Notes: generated from the sequence alone by a model not told the origin. A stretch of DNA of 32,000 nt from Robiginitomaculum sp. (GCA_965224735.1 OZ245059.1:2361-34360), one strand, 5' to 3'. Positions 1-9,746 are shown, counted from the first letter of the stretch. Translations and numbers: made by a program.

Positions 1-385
1 AATTGGGGGCAAAGGCAAAATTATGCGGCATAGCATTTTCAGATCCAAGTGCGCGCGTGCGCCACGCTTCAAGTTCCACAAGTGATAAAAGTTTACTCTT
101 GTCTATATCAGCAGATGTAAAAGCCACTTCTATGCCTGCCCGAACTTCTGATTTATCTATGGTATAATCACCATTATTGTCAAAACTTGCAAATAAAAGC
201 GCGCCGATGCGCGGAACAAGGGCACTATCTGCGCTTAACTCAAACGCAGAAACATTATCCAATGTTTTAATAGTCCCTAAAGTTTTATCGCTAATATCAG
301 GCCGAGGTGTTCCAGTTACAATTTGCGCGCTTGCATTTAATCCAAGCAACAAACAACAAACAGCTCCCAATACAAATAGACGCAT
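1..385 (-). CDS. Secreted EF-hand calcium-binding protein, N-terminal part (gene runs off the window start)
   Basis: Open-ended, so absent from the ORF track. Reverse-strand ATG at 385-383 is followed by 128 stop-free codons. MRLFVLGAVCCLLLGLNASAQ is signal-peptide-like. FDNNGDYTIDKSEV fits the 12-residue EF-hand loop (D-x-N-x-D-x-T-x-D-x-x-E), and ADIDKSKLLSLVE is a second, degenerate loop. Confidence 0.55.
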   Translation of the reverse strand, partial: MRLFVLGAVCCLLLGLNASAQIVTGTPRPDISDKTLGTIKTLDNVSAFELSADSALVPRIGALLFASFDNNGDYTIDKSEVRAGIEVAFTSADIDKSKLLSLVELEAWRTRALGSENAMPHNFAFAPN

Positions 386-466
386 ATTTCTCTCGCAATT
401 TACTAAGCCTAAATTGACCGCCCGAGCGTTAAAACGCAAGTGAAAATAGCATAATATTATGTCCCC

Positions 467-1066
467 TTAGAAAGGACGCCGGCTTGCCATTGCAGCCGTA
501 ATCGTCCCATCGTCTAAATAATCAAGCTCGCCGCCAACGGGAACGCCGTGCGCAAGCCGCGTTACCTTCACTGCACATGCGCGCAGATGATCCGTGATAT
601 AATGCGCCGTGGTTTGCCCGTCTATGGTCGCATTCATCGCAAGGATGACCTCACTTACATTATCATCTGCCGCACGCATGATAAGCACGGCAATGTTTAA
701 ATCTTCGGGGCGAATACCATCAAGAGCTGACAAACAGCCCCCTAAAACATGATACCGCCCGCGAAAGGCTGCGGCACGCTCCATAGCCCAAAGATCACCA
801 ACCTCTTGCACAACACAAATTATGCTACTATCGCGCCCTAACGCTGAGCAAATATGACAAGGATCCATCACATCTATATTCCCGCATACTTGACATGGTT
901 TTATTTTCTCACCAGCCTGCGCCAAGGCATCTGAAAGAGGTATCAATAATTTCTCTCGCTCTTTGACAAGCGCTAGCGCCGCGCGCCGAGCCGAGCGCGG
1001 GCCAAGGCCTGGCAATTTTGCCAACAAACTGATTAACCTTTCAATTTCCGCGCCTTTGGCAGACAT
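467..1066 (-). CDS. recR: Recombination protein RecR
   Basis: [28 protein letters not shown] (HhH), C4 zinc finger [16 protein letters not shown] and a Toprim-like C-terminus. The track ORF was trimmed to the internal Met that begins the conserved N-terminus. Confidence 0.93.
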   Translation of the reverse strand: MSAKGAEIERLISLLAKLPGLGPRSARRAALALVKEREKLLIPLSDALAQAGEKIKPCQVCGNIDVMDPCHICSALGRDSSIICVVQEVGDLWAMERAAAFRGRYHVLGGCLSALDGIRPEDLNIAVLIMRAADDNVSEVILAMNATIDGQTTAHYITDHLRACAVKVTRLAHGVPVGGELDYLDDGTITAAMASRRPF

Positions 1067-1223
1067 GTTCTCTCCGCATGTATGGTGATTCGCACAAAGC
1101 CTAATCCAGCACAAAAATACCCGCAAGTTTTCTTTAAATGTTGATTAACCTTGATAGTCGCCCAATTGGCTCAATATTTGCTTTGCCTTATTGTGAACAC
1201 AATATATTTTTAAGGAATGCACC

Positions 1224-1556
1224 ATGGTAGGACAGTATTTAGCCGCAATTATAATGTTTTTTCTCACCATCAGCTTCACAGCGATGTTTTTTCTACCGCC
1301 GCTTAAAATAAAACTACGAAGCGCATTGGTTAATTTCTATTGGGTTGGTGTCTGGCTATTCCTTGGCGGCATTACAGCAATGGCTGGCTCGCAGGCCGTC
1401 CTGAATATAATGGGCCTAAACATTAATACGATAAGTAACGCTGTAATTTTTGGAATTTCAACGTCCTTCGTGCTCTTCGTTATGTTCGCATGGGGGCGGT
1501 TGACCTTGAAAGGCCTTGCCATGGTCTCGGGTAAAAAAAATAAAATAGAAAATTAA
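1224..1556 (+). CDS. Small hydrophobic membrane protein, function unknown
   Basis: 110 aa with 3-4 hydrophobic segments. AAGGA lies ~8 nt upstream of the ATG. No family recognised. Confidence 0.45.
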   Translation: MVGQYLAAIIMFFLTISFTAMFFLPPLKIKLRSALVNFYWVGVWLFLGGITAMAGSQAVLNIMGLNINTISNAVIFGISTSFVLFVMFAWGRLTLKGLAMVSGKKNKIEN

Positions 1557-2614
1557 CCACCAGCAAGCGGCGGCAGTGCCAAAAAGTCAAGCGGCTCTTG
1601 CGTAACTGGTTTGCTCGGCACTGCACGGCTTGTAGAAACAGGCACGTCAGGGTTTTTTAAATTATCAGGAGCAGTTTGAAGGCGCGGTACAGATGTCATT
1701 TTGGTTAAATCATCATGGAGATTACCATAAAGAGATTGCTGCTTTGCAGTCGCTATATCTGGCCTAGGGATAGGCGCAGGCATCTGTCTTTGTGGCAGCA
1801 TATGAGCCAATGGCGCCCGCTGTTGTCTTGATGCTTGTTTCGGTTGAGGGTGTAGCCTCATTTGCCTTTGCATGTTTAGCGGGCGATCCATAGGCGTTCT
1901 GAGCGCCGCTGCTTGTTGTGCTCGCAGCATCATTTGTCTTTGTTGCTGTCTTTGAAGCTCCGCTTGCGTCACGCTTTTTTGACCGGGCGGTAAAGGTTGT
2001 TGTTGAGGATTTCCATAAATACGCGGTTTGCGCGGATCAATGACCCGTGTTTGCGGGCTTACTGGTTGCGGCAGTTTATAATTTGCAAAAACGGGTGCAA
2101 AAGCTTGCATGTTTCTTCGCATGGGCGCTCTTTTGAGCTGTGCTCTGGGAGCTGAAATTGGCTGGCGCCGCACTATCCTCCTAGAGCTTTGCTGCACAGA
2201 CCTTTGCGGCACAGAGCTTGGCTTTGGATGAGTTACCACAGGTGTGCCAACCCGAACCGTATGTGCTCCAGCCGCTACCGCACGGCTCATCAGGCGATCA
2301 ATATCCGTAGTGGATTGCCCGCTAATACTGATAGGGCTTGAAACTGGGGTTGCGATCTCAGAATTAAACTCGCATATTCCCGAGCGCGCTTGCACATTTA
2401 CACGTACAAAATTCCAACCTCGGCACTGAGCATCCCCTTGGCATTGTTGTTTACATTGCCAAGGTGAGGTCGCCGCAATTTTCAAATAGGGTTTGCCCGG
2501 GCGATAAGTACTCTGATCTGCGGCTTGTGCGTCAAAAGTCAGGAATGGAGCCATCCCAAATACCAGTCCAGATACCAGTCCAGATATAAGAGCAAAAGAT
2601 GTAAAACGGCTCAT
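1553..2614 (-). CDS. Secreted PAN/Apple-like domain protein with long P/Q/R-rich tail
   Basis: Signal peptide MSRFTSFALISGLVSGLVFGMAPFLTFDAQA. Cys pattern CKQQCQGDAQCRGWNF...GICEF resembles PAN/Apple. The C-terminal ~250 aa is low-complexity Q/P/R-rich. Start moved to the ATG at 2614, which is preceded by GGAGG. Confidence 0.6.
   Translation of the reverse strand: MSRFTSFALISGLVSGLVFGMAPFLTFDAQAADQSTYRPGKPYLKIAATSPWQCKQQCQGDAQCRGWNFVRVNVQARSGICEFNSEIATPVSSPISISGQSTTDIDRLMSRAVAAGAHTVRVGTPVVTHPKPSSVPQRSVQQSSRRIVRRQPISAPRAQLKRAPMRRNMQAFAPVFANYKLPQPVSPQTRVIDPRKPRIYGNPQQQPLPPGQKSVTQAELQRQQQRQMMLRAQQAAALRTPMDRPLNMQRQMRLHPQPKQASRQQRAPLAHMLPQRQMPAPIPRPDIATAKQQSLYGNLHDDLTKMTSVPRLQTAPDNLKNPDVPVSTSRAVPSKPVTQEPLDFLALPPLAGG
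2562..2585. repeat. 12-bp perfect tandem repeat x2 in the signal-peptide region of the PAN-domain gene
   Basis: ACCAGTCCAGAT x2 encodes SGLV x2. Confidence 0.9.
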
Positions 2615-2743
2615 AGCTACCTCCAAAAACGAATCAATTAGGAGCAGTCTTGATAAAAGGCCTTAGGAATGGGTTAATGCGATCCGTCTCCAGTTTCTCT
2701 AATATAAGTATATGTATAGTCTGCTATAGTTTGAGCCTAAATC

Positions 2744-3415
2744 TTATAGTGGCGCTGCAACCAACATAGCCCAGTAAGTTTGGTATGTGGTTTTGGGTTC
2801 ATAAACCAGGGCAATGCCAAATTCTGTAACATCAGCACGCAGTAAATTTTCGTTATGACCAGAGCTTTTTTGCCAAGCCATAAAAACTTCACCCCAACTT
2901 TTTTGACCTGTCGCTACATTTTCGGCCGCTATAGAAAATTCAGAATAACCCTGCCTTTGTAGCCGTTCGCCATGACCGGAACCATCACTACCCGTATGGG
3001 AAATTATGCCGTGCTTTGCCAAATCAGTAGCGTGAGTTTTTGACGCTGCGCTAAGTGCTGTATTTAAAACAACAGGCGAGCGACCATGCCGCGCGCGATA
3101 TGCGTTCAAATCAGCCAAGGCAATGTTTAAATTAAGCGGCGCGGGCGGCACGGAAGGAAATTGTGGGTTAGCACCAAAACCATTATTAAGGCTACAGAAC
3201 ATAATGGGTTTAGAAATATCAGCTTGCTCAACAACCGTGCCTCGGCATTTTCCGTTATCTGCCTTGCACAGCGCCGTACACGCTTCAAAAGAGCTTACTT
3301 CTATTTGTTTATAGGTTCCATCATCAGGAAAGGTACTCACACTGCTGTCACTGTTTTTCGCATAGACCCTCATGTCAAGAAAAAACATGAAAACCAAAAC
3401 AATGAACAGGCGCAC
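2744..3415 (-). CDS. Secreted CAP/SCP (PR-1-like) domain protein with N-terminal PAN/Apple-like Cys module
   Basis: Signal peptide, then CTALCKADNGKCRG...FCSLN. The CAP-type region follows: YRARHGRSPVVLNTALSAASKTHATDLAKHGIISHTGSDGS...ENVATG...WQKSSGHNENLL. Confidence 0.7.
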   Translation of the reverse strand: MRLFIVLVFMFFLDMRVYAKNSDSSVSTFPDDGTYKQIEVSSFEACTALCKADNGKCRGTVVEQADISKPIMFCSLNNGFGANPQFPSVPPAPLNLNIALADLNAYRARHGRSPVVLNTALSAASKTHATDLAKHGIISHTGSDGSGHGERLQRQGYSEFSIAAENVATGQKSWGEVFMAWQKSSGHNENLLRADVTEFGIALVYEPKTTYQTYWAMLVAAPL

Positions 3416-3680
3416 CTAGAAACTCCATAAGAATGTAGCCTCCCGTTCTTAATACTTTTCGTTAAATATAGATTAAAGTTCTCACTTTTCATAATTCTAT
3501 ACCAAAGCAGGTAGAAACGGCCAAGTCGCAAAAATTAGATGCGAACGAGCCTTAGAAGTGAACGGGCGGCGACGGCAGACTGTACACATAGTTACCTCTC
3601 CACAATACTCGCCAAAGGCATGGCCAGAGAACCAATAGTGCCAAAACCAATAGTAAAAGTCTAATCATCAAAACAATCCT

Positions 3681-4553
3681 TTATAGTATCCGTTTAATCG
3701 ACGTAATTACTCCTGTGGTTTGTGCAATACGCGCCGCAGCGTCTCTAAGCGGCTCTATCGCGACGCACATATGGTGTGCATTGGCGTGGAGCAACATTTC
3801 TCTATCGCCCATAATCCCCACATGCCCCGTCCAAAAAATTAGATCGCCGCGCACAAGACCTGTCAATTTTTCCGTGATTTCAACGGATGTACCAAGGGTT
3901 GTTTCTTGCATACCCGCATCGCGCGGCGCATCCAGACCGCATGCCCGTAGCGCAGTTTGCACTAAGCCCGAACAGTCAACTCCGTCAGGCGATACACCTC
4001 CCCATATATAAGGGAGGCCAAAATGTAACTCAGCCGCTTCAACAAAATCTGTTGGCTCTTGTCCAAGTTCTACAACATGGTTTTTATGCACATAGCCTAC
4101 ATCAAGCATTCTAATATAATCCCCCTCCTCGTCCTCCGCCAATAATTTTGCGTTCATTGGCAAAGAGGTGCGAATAGCGGATTTAAAATTTGCTTTCAAA
4201 AATGCGGGTGCACGCAAATTGCTGATGCGGTGAGTGGGTTCATAGCGGCTTGGCATGAGCGCCATTTTAGGCACATACCCCACATAGCCTTTTCTGTCCG
4301 CCTGCACTTCTTGACCCCATAGCCACGAACCGTGCAAATCATAAACATCAAATTCACTGCCGATAAGCAGCTGCGTTTCCATCATTGATGCATTCGCAGG
4401 TTTATTGTGTAGCGGCACGACGGGCATACGCACTTGGTAGCGCACGGCAGGAACATAGGTTTTCGCATCTACTTTGCCTTCAAGATACGCGGCAGCCACA
4501 TTTTCATTATAGGCATTTACTCTTGGATCAAGTTTGTTGTCTAATTTGCTCAT
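3681..4553 (-). CDS. NlpC/P60 (C40) family peptidase with N-terminal SH3-like region
   Basis: YIWGGVSPDGVDCSGLVQTALRACG (catalytic Cys) followed by GDLIFWTGHVGIMG...LLHANAHH (His). Confidence 0.85.
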   Translation of the reverse strand: MSKLDNKLDPRVNAYNENVAAAYLEGKVDAKTYVPAVRYQVRMPVVPLHNKPANASMMETQLLIGSEFDVYDLHGSWLWGQEVQADRKGYVGYVPKMALMPSRYEPTHRISNLRAPAFLKANFKSAIRTSLPMNAKLLAEDEEGDYIRMLDVGYVHKNHVVELGQEPTDFVEAAELHFGLPYIWGGVSPDGVDCSGLVQTALRACGLDAPRDAGMQETTLGTSVEITEKLTGLVRGDLIFWTGHVGIMGDREMLLHANAHHMCVAIEPLRDAAARIAQTTGVITSIKRIL

Positions 4554-4557
4554 TAGC

Positions 4558-4950
4558 TCACTTTAATGGCATGACCTTTCTCTGGTCAAGGCGTCTATCA
4601 AGAGTTTGCGCCGCGCGGCAAATGCGGGCGGAAAACGCCGCAAGATAGCGCGAGCCACCCGCTGTTCGTTTGACTAAGACAGAACGTTTATCTCGCAAAT
4701 CTGGGCCACGATCAACAAACCCGTAACCCGTTAAAGTATTAAGCGCACGTGTTATCACTGCTTTGGTCACATTAAGCTGCTCTGCAAGCGAGCGTACTGT
4801 GTGCGGTCCTTCTTCAAGATAAACTGTGGTCAAAAGCGCGAGCTGGCGCGTAGCAAGATCAGGCACATCTGCTAAAACCCCGTTTAAATTAACCTGGTGC
4901 CAAAGCGCAAGCGCTTCTTTGCGATTTAATTTTTCCTGGCATTGTTGCAA
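4558..4950 (-). CDS. MarR-family transcriptional regulator
   Basis: Winged-HTH sequence VRSLAEQLNVTKAVITRALNTLTGYGFVDRGPDLRDKRSVLVKRTAGG. It lies 4 nt upstream of the NlpC/P60 gene, so an operon is likely. Confidence 0.8.
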   Translation of the reverse strand: MQQCQEKLNRKEALALWHQVNLNGVLADVPDLATRQLALLTTVYLEEGPHTVRSLAEQLNVTKAVITRALNTLTGYGFVDRGPDLRDKRSVLVKRTAGGSRYLAAFSARICRAAQTLDRRLDQRKVMPLK

Positions 4951-5103
4951 AATTTACTCCCAAAACAAATCACTATGTATACTGATTCGCACAAAGGTGA
5001 TTCACTCGTCAAGGGGCGGAAGAACATTTACTGCCGATTAACCAATAAGAGGATTAGTAAAAAGAAGAAAGACAAAATTTATAGTAAAAGAGAATATGAC
5101 CAG

Positions 5104-6591
5104 TTACTTAAAGCCTGTATCAAGGTTGGCGCCAATGACAGAATACTCAATAGTGTGCGGAGGTCCTTCCCAGCCTCTTTTGACTTGGGAAAATATTATC
5201 CCAACTCTCTTACTGTCATCTCCAAGCGCAATATAACCGATTGGGGCTGCACCTAGTATATATGAAGGGTCATCATGTTTGAATTTTGCAATACGTTTTT
5301 TCCCCTTGTTCTTTGAGAGAAGAAAGACTGCGGATTGGCGTACCATTTTCATCTTCCACATACTTGTGCTCATCGCTATATCATTGTTTATAGTATAGGT
5401 AAGTATGTCAGACTTATGGTGAATATCACCCGTATTAAAATGAAAATCTTTGCTTGGAGTAATGCCATTACTTTGCATATTTTCGTATATCAGCGCTTGG
5501 TGGTCACGCCAAAAATTAGAGAAATCTGCATCCATGTCCATAGTTGCGGCGCCTTCGCCAGTTCGGAAGACATCCTTCCAAACAACTTTATCTGTTATTA
5601 AATCCTGAATAATTGTTTCAATATGAATTATGCCAGAAGGGCCAGTATCAAAAATAGAAATAAAAGCAATCTTCCCACTTGCATTATAACCTAACGGGCA
5701 AAACTTGTCCGTGATGAAAGGCCGTTGTTTAAACGATGACTTCAACGATGAAAAAGCTTTAAAGCTGGCTGCATCCATATTAAGACACTCAGGAGTGGGT
5801 GTTAATACTATTTTTTTAGTATTTTGGTTTTTAGTATCCTGTTGTGGCTTGATAAACGTTCTAGAGGTTTGATTAATGGATAAAGGTAACTTTATTCGCT
5901 TGTTTGGAGTGCCGGAAAAGGATTGGTCATCCCCATCGGCAAGAAAACTTACGGCTAAACCGTTGTTTGCTGTATTGACTTTAATATCTGTAATGTTATC
6001 GCCAAGAAATCGAGAATCTAAATGACTAATGAATGAAGTTCCAAGATTAATAGAGAATAGCCCTAAATGTGTAAAATGATTACCACCACCGTTAAGATCA
6101 GCGTGGGCATTGTTTATAAAGGGAGCAAAAAACATAGGCTCATTACTTTTGTCTACGCTTTGAATAAGGGTAATATTATCAGGCATCAGTAATATTCTAC
6201 CATAGTCAAATTCACCCCCACCAGTACCCTTATCAATTGTGTACACACCCGAAACATAGCGTGTCCCCTTTCGGTCAGTCCTTACCCGATCAAGGACGAC
6301 GGGCGTTACCTTTTGTTTGTCTTTTAAAAGGATTTGTGGCGGAAGTCCGTCAACGAGTGATTTTGTAATAAAGGCAGTGCGTTCTACCGCGCATTGTTCA
6401 CCGTGTTCACCGTTTATTTGCCAAGTACTATCTTTTCCAAGGCAATCAAATGTGGCCGTATTTACATCGGTTGAAACGCCCTGTCTGGATGCATGTGCGT
6501 CAGGATTTGCAACTTCTTGTTTTGGTTTGCAGGCTACAAATAGGCTTGCGCTAAGCAAGAGGCTCAAGGCGAGAGTAAGTTTTTGCATCAT
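5104..6591 (-). CDS. Large lipoprotein of unknown function
   Basis: 495-aa uninterrupted ORF. Lipobox in MMQKLTLALSLLLSASLFVAC. No recognisable domain. The region looks AT-rich relative to its neighbours. Confidence 0.6.
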   Translation of the reverse strand: MMQKLTLALSLLLSASLFVACKPKQEVANPDAHASRQGVSTDVNTATFDCLGKDSTWQINGEHGEQCAVERTAFITKSLVDGLPPQILLKDKQKVTPVVLDRVRTDRKGTRYVSGVYTIDKGTGGGEFDYGRILLMPDNITLIQSVDKSNEPMFFAPFINNAHADLNGGGNHFTHLGLFSINLGTSFISHLDSRFLGDNITDIKVNTANNGLAVSFLADGDDQSFSGTPNKRIKLPLSINQTSRTFIKPQQDTKNQNTKKIVLTPTPECLNMDAASFKAFSSLKSSFKQRPFITDKFCPLGYNASGKIAFISIFDTGPSGIIHIETIIQDLITDKVVWKDVFRTGEGAATMDMDADFSNFWRDHQALIYENMQSNGITPSKDFHFNTGDIHHKSDILTYTINNDIAMSTSMWKMKMVRQSAVFLLSKNKGKKRIAKFKHDDPSYILGAAPIGYIALGDDSKRVGIIFSQVKRGWEGPPHTIEYSVIGANLDTGFK

Positions 6592-6870
6592 TATTCCATC
6601 CTAATGGTTATGAATATGTGCGTCCAATAATAGATAATAACAAGATATTATCAATTAAAGAACTGCATAAATATTTGTTTTTATTTTAGGGTTTGTGATT
6701 TGAGCCATGTGGTAGCAACAAGGCATTATACTGGTTTCCCATATTGGCGATTAACCATCTTATTATGGCAATCTAACGCGGGCCTTTTTGAATAAGGAGT
6801 GATTATTTGCTTTATATTTATGAACGGCACGCCTATATATGCAAATCATGAGACCAATTCGGAGAGCCAT

Positions 6871-7653
6871 ATGGTAGAGCTTGCACTACCCAAAAATTCC
6901 AAAATCGGCAAAGGAAAGAACTGGCCCGCGCTAGAAGGGGCTAAACGCATGAAGACGTTCAAAGTTTATCGTTATAGTCCTGATGATGACAACAATCCCA
7001 CTTGGGATACATATGCCGTTGATTTGGACGATTGTGGTCCGATGGTTTTAGATGCCATGATTAAAATAAAAAATGAAATTGATCCAACGCTTGCTTTCAG
7101 GCGTTCTTGCCGTGAGGGTGTTTGCGGGTCATGTGCGATGAATATTGGCGGGCGTAACACACTCGCCTGCACCAAGGGGATTGATGAGTTTAAAGGCAAT
7201 ACAATTACCATATCACCTTTGCCGCATATGCCTGTTGTGCGTGATCTTGTCCCTGATCTTTCAAATTTTTACGCGCAATACGCGTCTATAGAACCGTGGC
7301 TACAAACCATAACGCCAACGCCGCAAAAGGAATGGAGGCAAAGTGAAAAAGACCGCGATAAACTCGATGGCCTTTATGAATGCATTTTGTGCGCGTCTTG
7401 CTCTACAGCGTGCCCGAGTTATTGGTGGAATGGGGATCGGTATCTTGGCCCTGCGGTTTTGTTACAGGCTTACCGCTGGCTTATTGATAGCCGTGATGAA
7501 GCGACGGGCGAGCGTCTTGACGAGCTTGAAGACCCATTCCGGCTCTATCGTTGCCATACCATTATGAACTGCACCAATGTTTGTCCCAAAGGTTTAAACC
7601 CCGCCAAAGCAATTGCAGAGATCAAAAAAATGATGGTGGCCAGAACTTTTTAA
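6871..7653 (+). CDS. sdhB: Succinate dehydrogenase iron-sulfur subunit
   Basis: Three Fe-S cluster motifs: [27 protein letters not shown] and [12 protein letters not shown]. Start set at the ATG at 6871 (MVELALPKN), with GGAGAG at 6861-6866. Confidence 0.95.
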   Translation: MVELALPKNSKIGKGKNWPALEGAKRMKTFKVYRYSPDDDNNPTWDTYAVDLDDCGPMVLDAMIKIKNEIDPTLAFRRSCREGVCGSCAMNIGGRNTLACTKGIDEFKGNTITISPLPHMPVVRDLVPDLSNFYAQYASIEPWLQTITPTPQKEWRQSEKDRDKLDGLYECILCASCSTACPSYWWNGDRYLGPAVLLQAYRWLIDSRDEATGERLDELEDPFRLYRCHTIMNCTNVCPKGLNPAKAIAEIKKMMVARTF

Positions 7654-7730
7654 AGCAAAGTATTTAATATCCACTTTTTATGTCTAACCCCCGTCTTCCA
7701 AACGGGTAGCTTTAGCGCAAATTGTAAGCT

Positions 7731-7955
7731 TATGACAGAAGGTAAACATTGCGTTTTTTATCATAGATATGACCTCGTATGATCAAAACAGTATCGCTAT
7801 AAGGTTTTGCAAGGCGATATCCGCTTGCGTGTCTGGGATATTATCCGTCAGCTCTGCAATGAAAACGGCGTTGATATTATCACTTAATATTATCAGGGGT
7901 ATTCTCTCGAAGGATGACATTCATATGTTTGTACCTGTCATATGTTTGTATCTGT
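7731..7955 (+). pseudogene. IS200/IS605-family TnpA (Y1 transposase) remnant
   Basis: Two frames carry the remnant, interrupted by stops: HCVFYHRYDLV*SKQYRYKVLQGDIRLRVWDILRQLCNENGVDII, then IIRGILSKDDIHMFVPV. This recalls the IS200 TnpA pattern ...YH.V...KYRYKVL.G....I...C......I..G.VS.DH.H.FVS.P. The 3' end is truncated. Confidence 0.6.
7922..7955. repeat. 17-bp tandem repeat x2 (1 mismatch) at the end of the IS200 remnant
   Basis: CATATGTTTGTACCTGT / CATATGTTTGTATCTGT. Confidence 0.85.
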
Positions 7956-8057
7956 AACGCCAACATTGGTTATCAGTAATGGTTTAGTTCTATTTTAGTC
8001 TGGGTTTATGAATTCACTACCGAATTTTTATAGGTGTTTTGTAATCATTAATTACTC

Positions 8058-8564
8058 TTAATCCGCACCTGTCACTGTTTTTAGATAAGCAATTATATTT
8101 TTGCGATCTTCTTCTTTTTTTAGGCCAAAGAAAGCCATTGTAGTGCCATGGACAAGTGCTTTTGGTTTTATCAAATATTGGTTTAAAATCTCTTCATTCC
8201 ACGTAATTCCAGAATCTTTCATCGCGGAGGAATATACAAATCCATCTGTGCTCCCTGCTTTGCGACCAAAAACGCCATGAAGATTTGGGCCAACGCGATG
8301 TTTAGCGCCCTGTTTTGTTGTATGACACGCGGCGCATTTTTTGAAAACTTTTTTGCCTAACTCTTCTGGTGTTGCAGCGCCTTTAGGCGCAGGCTGGTTT
8401 TTTTGTGCTTTTGTTTTTGACGCTTGGGGGGGCGTATGAGCCGCTGTATTTTGAACTTTTGGCGCCGGGCTTGGCGCTGGACTTTCTTTTTTAGAGCAGG
8501 CGCCTAAAGAGAAAAAACTACAAGCTAAAATAGCGATTGGTAATGTATGAGAGAGTTTTGACAT
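8058..8564 (-). CDS. Lipoprotein-anchored class I cytochrome c (mitochondrial/c2-like domain)
   Basis: Lipobox SLGAC, a P/A/K-rich linker, then GKKVFKKCAACHTT...GPNLHGVFGRKAG...TMAFFGLKK (CxxCH plus distal Met). Confidence 0.85.
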   Translation of the reverse strand: MSKLSHTLPIAILACSFFSLGACSKKESPAPSPAPKVQNTAAHTPPQASKTKAQKNQPAPKGAATPEELGKKVFKKCAACHTTKQGAKHRVGPNLHGVFGRKAGSTDGFVYSSAMKDSGITWNEEILNQYLIKPKALVHGTTMAFFGLKKEEDRKNIIAYLKTVTGAD

Positions 8565-8813
8565 GGTTTCTCCTGTGTTTTAACTGATGACGACAAAACG
8601 TCGTAAAGACCTACCCAAAAAACGTCAACAGTCCTGCTAAGGTAAGGCGGCGGCTTAAATTATATTTGGGAGCATGTGACATGGGAACCTTAAAACCAGC
8701 TATGCTATACATAATTGTTGCATATTCACCAAATTGCAAATGCATTTATCGCTAAATCCAAACAATGGCCAAACAATGGCATGAATAATGCTAGGACTGA
8801 TTGATTAACTGTT

Positions 8814-9716
8814 TAGTCCGACAGTGTGCTGGTGTTGTGTATAGTGATCTGTCAACCAAGGAGGTTTTATGGGACAAGTATTACACGAAAGCGCCAAGAC
8901 GACGTACATTACGAGAGCAGGGCTACAGCGATCGCAAGCTTCAACCCAAGCATTAGCCTTGCAATACGGGTTGAATGTGAAAACGATTGCGAAATGGCGC
9001 AAACGCGATTTCACGCATGATGTCGCGATGGGGCCAAAGAAACGATCTTCGAGAATGTTGAGCTGTAAGTGTTGAGCATTGAAGAGGAAGCTATGTGTGT
9101 GGCGTTTCGCCAGCATACATTACTGCCTCTTGATGATTGTCTGTATGCTTTGCAAGAGACGCTTCCTCATCCCTCCAGATCCGCTCTACACCGCTGTTAT
9201 CAGCGCCACGGTATAAGCCGTCTCCCCAACCCGAAAAATGACAAACCTGCAAAGAAGGTGTTCAAGACATATCCAATAGGGTATTTTCATGTTGATATTG
9301 CCAAAGTGCGCACAGAGGAAGGGAAACTCTACATGTTTGTTGGCATAGAGCGGACATCGAAATATGCATATGTTGAATTGCACGCGCGGCAAACGAAAAT
9401 GGTTGCTGCAGCATTTTTACGTAAGCTAATCACAACCGTGCCTTATAAAATCCACACCCTTCTTACTGATAACGGGATACAGTTCACCAATCGCAAACAA
9501 GATAAATATGCTGGCATACATATCTTTGATCATGTGTGTCACGAACATGACATCCAGCACCGCCTGACGAAAACCCAGCACCCTTGGACGAATGGACAGG
9601 TGGAACGCATGAACCGTACCCTCAAAGGCCTCACGCCTTACGAATATATTTGCAAAATATCTACAAAGGAGCCACAACGGTTTAACGTAAACCCATACCA
9701 GCACACTGTGGGACTA
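8814..9716 (+). mobile_element. Degenerate IS481-family insertion sequence
   Basis: Terminal inverted repeats TAGTCCGACAGTGTGCTGG (8814-8832) and CCAGCACACTGTGGGACTA (9699-9716), 18/19 complementary, enclose the transposase reading frames. Confidence 0.75.
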
Positions 9717-9746
9717 GGGTCAGGACTCATTAAAGCCAATATATAA
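8869..9746 (+). pseudogene. IS481-family DDE transposase, split by a frameshift with a probable internal deletion
   Basis: The HTH part (8869-9075, ...LALQYGLNVKTIAKWRKR) and the integrase-core part (9069-9746, ...LLTDNGIQFTN...HPWTNGQVERMNRTLK) are in different frames. ERMNRTLK joins directly to GLTPYEYICK, where family members normally carry ~30 more residues. Confidence 0.75.

Noticed and set aside
177-443. 88-aa plus-strand ORF (TTG start) at the window start
   Set aside because: It lies antisense to a longer stop-free reverse-strand frame that has a signal peptide and a canonical EF-hand loop. It has no RBS or recognisable features of its own.
3552-3668. 38-aa hydrophobic minus-strand mini-ORF (MIRLLLLVLALLVLWPCLWRVLWRG...) just downstream of the NlpC/P60 gene
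   Set aside because: It is very short, has no clear RBS and cannot be checked for conservation here. It could be a real small membrane peptide, but the evidence is insufficient to call it.
7654-7730. Possible rho-independent terminator after sdhB (CCCGTCTTCCAAACGGG)
   Set aside because: The stem is only 5 bp and no U-tract follows, so it is not convincing.
8805-9116. 103-aa minus-strand ORF at the left end of the IS481 element
   Set aside because: It is antisense to the recognisable IS481 transposase N-terminal region and resembles no family.
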